In this document: positions 62,663 through 64,000 of the stretch, in pieces
Layout of the letters: the number at the start of each line of letters is the position of its first letter
How positions within the stretch are numbered: position 1 is the first letter of the stretch
Source of the DNA: Zygnema circumcarinatum SAG 698-1b
Taxonomy: Eukaryota > Plantae > Zygnematophyceae
Assembly: GCA_037447605.1 (NCBI GenBank)
Contig: CM074811.1
Location: 744,001-808,000, forward strand
Direction of reading: 5' to 3'
Length of the DNA: 64,000 bases
Made by a program: the position numbers and the translations under genes
Notes under the pieces: generated by a model
The model's input: the letters and a program-made list of their open reading frames with translations, nothing else
What the model was told of the DNA's origin: nothing
Database searches by the model: none

Positions 62663-63909
62663 CTTTCAAGCATACACGTGTGGAAAACTTGAAGTGGTTC
62701 TTCAGATGGTGAGGTGTGGCTGGCATGAGTGCGTGCCGGCCGTAATGTCTTTATTCGAAAGTGGTGAGATAAGTTTCTTACTTTGAAGCGCTAATCTAAA
62801 AGGGGTCGGCTAAAACAACAGATGCTCGGATAAGGTTTGGTTCATGCAGAGGTTGCGGGATGTGAGGGAGGGAGGGAGGTGGAGGTGGTTGCGATGAATT
62901 TATGCACGTTGTGCAGGATTCGCAGAGGGGTAGAGAGGAGTGAGAGTATTGGCATATTTGCAGGAATAAGGCTAGGGATGTCAGCTGATGTTTTAGAGTA
63001 TAGAGGCCGCGTAAAAGAAGGGCCCAGCCAGCAATGAAGGCCACGGTAGTTGAGAGTCTCCTACAGCTTTGTGCCGTTATTAATTTTCAAAAGAGATGAG
63101 TTTTTTTGGTTGCAAACTGTGGCAAGTGTGCATGGATTACACTACACTCAATGCCACACCCTCCTCTCACTACGCTCCCTTACTCGCATATCCGTGCCAG
63201 CTGAAAATACCTAAAAAAAAGGGAGAGGGAGAAGGAAAGGGGGAGGGGGAGGGGCGGAGAGAGCGAGAGGGGAGGGGAGGGGAGGGGAGGGGAGGGGAGG
63301 GGCGGGAAGAGGGAGAGAGCGGGAGAGCGAGAGATGGAGAAATAAACAAACGATCGAGAGTAAAGGAGAAATAGTGATAGATGTCGAGAGATAAAGTAGA
63401 AAAAACGACAGAGAGACAGGGAAAGCCAGAGGGGAGGGATTTGGCAATTTGTGAGGGGAGAGAACATGGGAGCGAGAAAAGGGAGAGAGGACAGGGCAGA
63501 AAGGTATAAGCTGTGCTTCTAAACCGACAAACTCAGTTTTTGGAGCGCCCCGCCTCGGTTTTCGCAGGTTTGTGCCGTACACCGAGATACGGTTTCCATG
63601 GTAAGAATCTAGAATGAAAGTCTGCTAAATACTGTTCGAATTTCCCGTACATTCTGAATATCGTACCATAAATATCATAAAGTATTTAGGTCGATACGAT
63701 ACGGTACGATATTCAATATCGGAGGCTGAGCTCCAAGCCCCCCACAGCTCCTTCCCTCAGTGGACTTTGGGGGCTTTGAAGGGTTTTTGGGCGGGGAATG
63801 CTCGCTAGGAAGCGATTAAGATGCTATTTTTTTTTCTGTAAACCTCTTTCTTTATTAGAAAGAATAGAAAAAATAAAGGAAAACTTGAAAGGATTAAATT
63901 AAAATTCAC

Positions 63910-63942
63910 TTGAGATAATAGAAGGAAAAAGGCGGCCGCCAT
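63910..63942 (-). CDS. Possible first coding exon of an unidentified small gene (MAAAFFLLLSQ|intron)
   Basis: GCCATGG start context as in several genes here, a GT donor at 63909, an AG acceptor at 63609 continuing in frame (ILTMETVSRCTAQTC...), and an upstream G-box. No homology recognised. Confidence 0.25.
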
Positions 63943-64000
63943 GGCTCTCCTTCCCCGCCTCTTCTCGCGCTTTGGGGGGGCGCACGCATGCGCCACGTGG

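Noticed and set aside
62796-63044. Hydrophobic minus-strand ORF as the last exon of the right-edge gene
   Set aside because: The three frames after the acceptor at ~63061 are about equally plausible, so none can be supported.

Overview
Eukaryotic, intron-rich nuclear DNA from a green plant (streptophyte-type proteins; probably an alga or early-diverging plant, but the species cannot be assigned from the sequence alone). It is not prokaryotic, and I found no CRISPR array, rRNA or tRNA. I rebuilt 13 protein genes: 12 spliced by hand using GT-AG junctions and phase continuity, plus one single-exon gene. They are ERD2 KDEL/HDEL receptor (-), a secreted AGP-like/Cys-rich protein (+), organellar NDPK (-), a DUF3082 plastid membrane protein (-), CURT1 (-), LAG1/LOH ceramide synthase (+), an ARM-repeat protein (+), 14-3-3 (+), an RBM7-like RRM protein (-), an amidase-signature enzyme (-), a GT92-like glycosyltransferase (+), ALG11 (-) and a plastid-type phosphoglucomutase/phosphomannomutase-family protein (+). 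A further small gene may start at the right edge. Four gene pairs are head-to-head. The most notable observations are: an ~790-bp element with long TIRs and a Mutator-like transposase tail; a shared set of palindromic repeats found almost only in 5' intergenic regions; an 824-bp in-frame tandem duplication of three GT92 exons; an intronic inverted repeat bracketing two GT92 exons; many G-rich 3' splice sites with no polypyrimidine tract; sense-strand TTAGGG tracts in introns; and a His-rich 14-3-3 tail. Three 10-N gaps all lie in purine/pyrimidine tracts, so assembly artefacts must be considered. Family assignments come from recalled motifs, not database searches.
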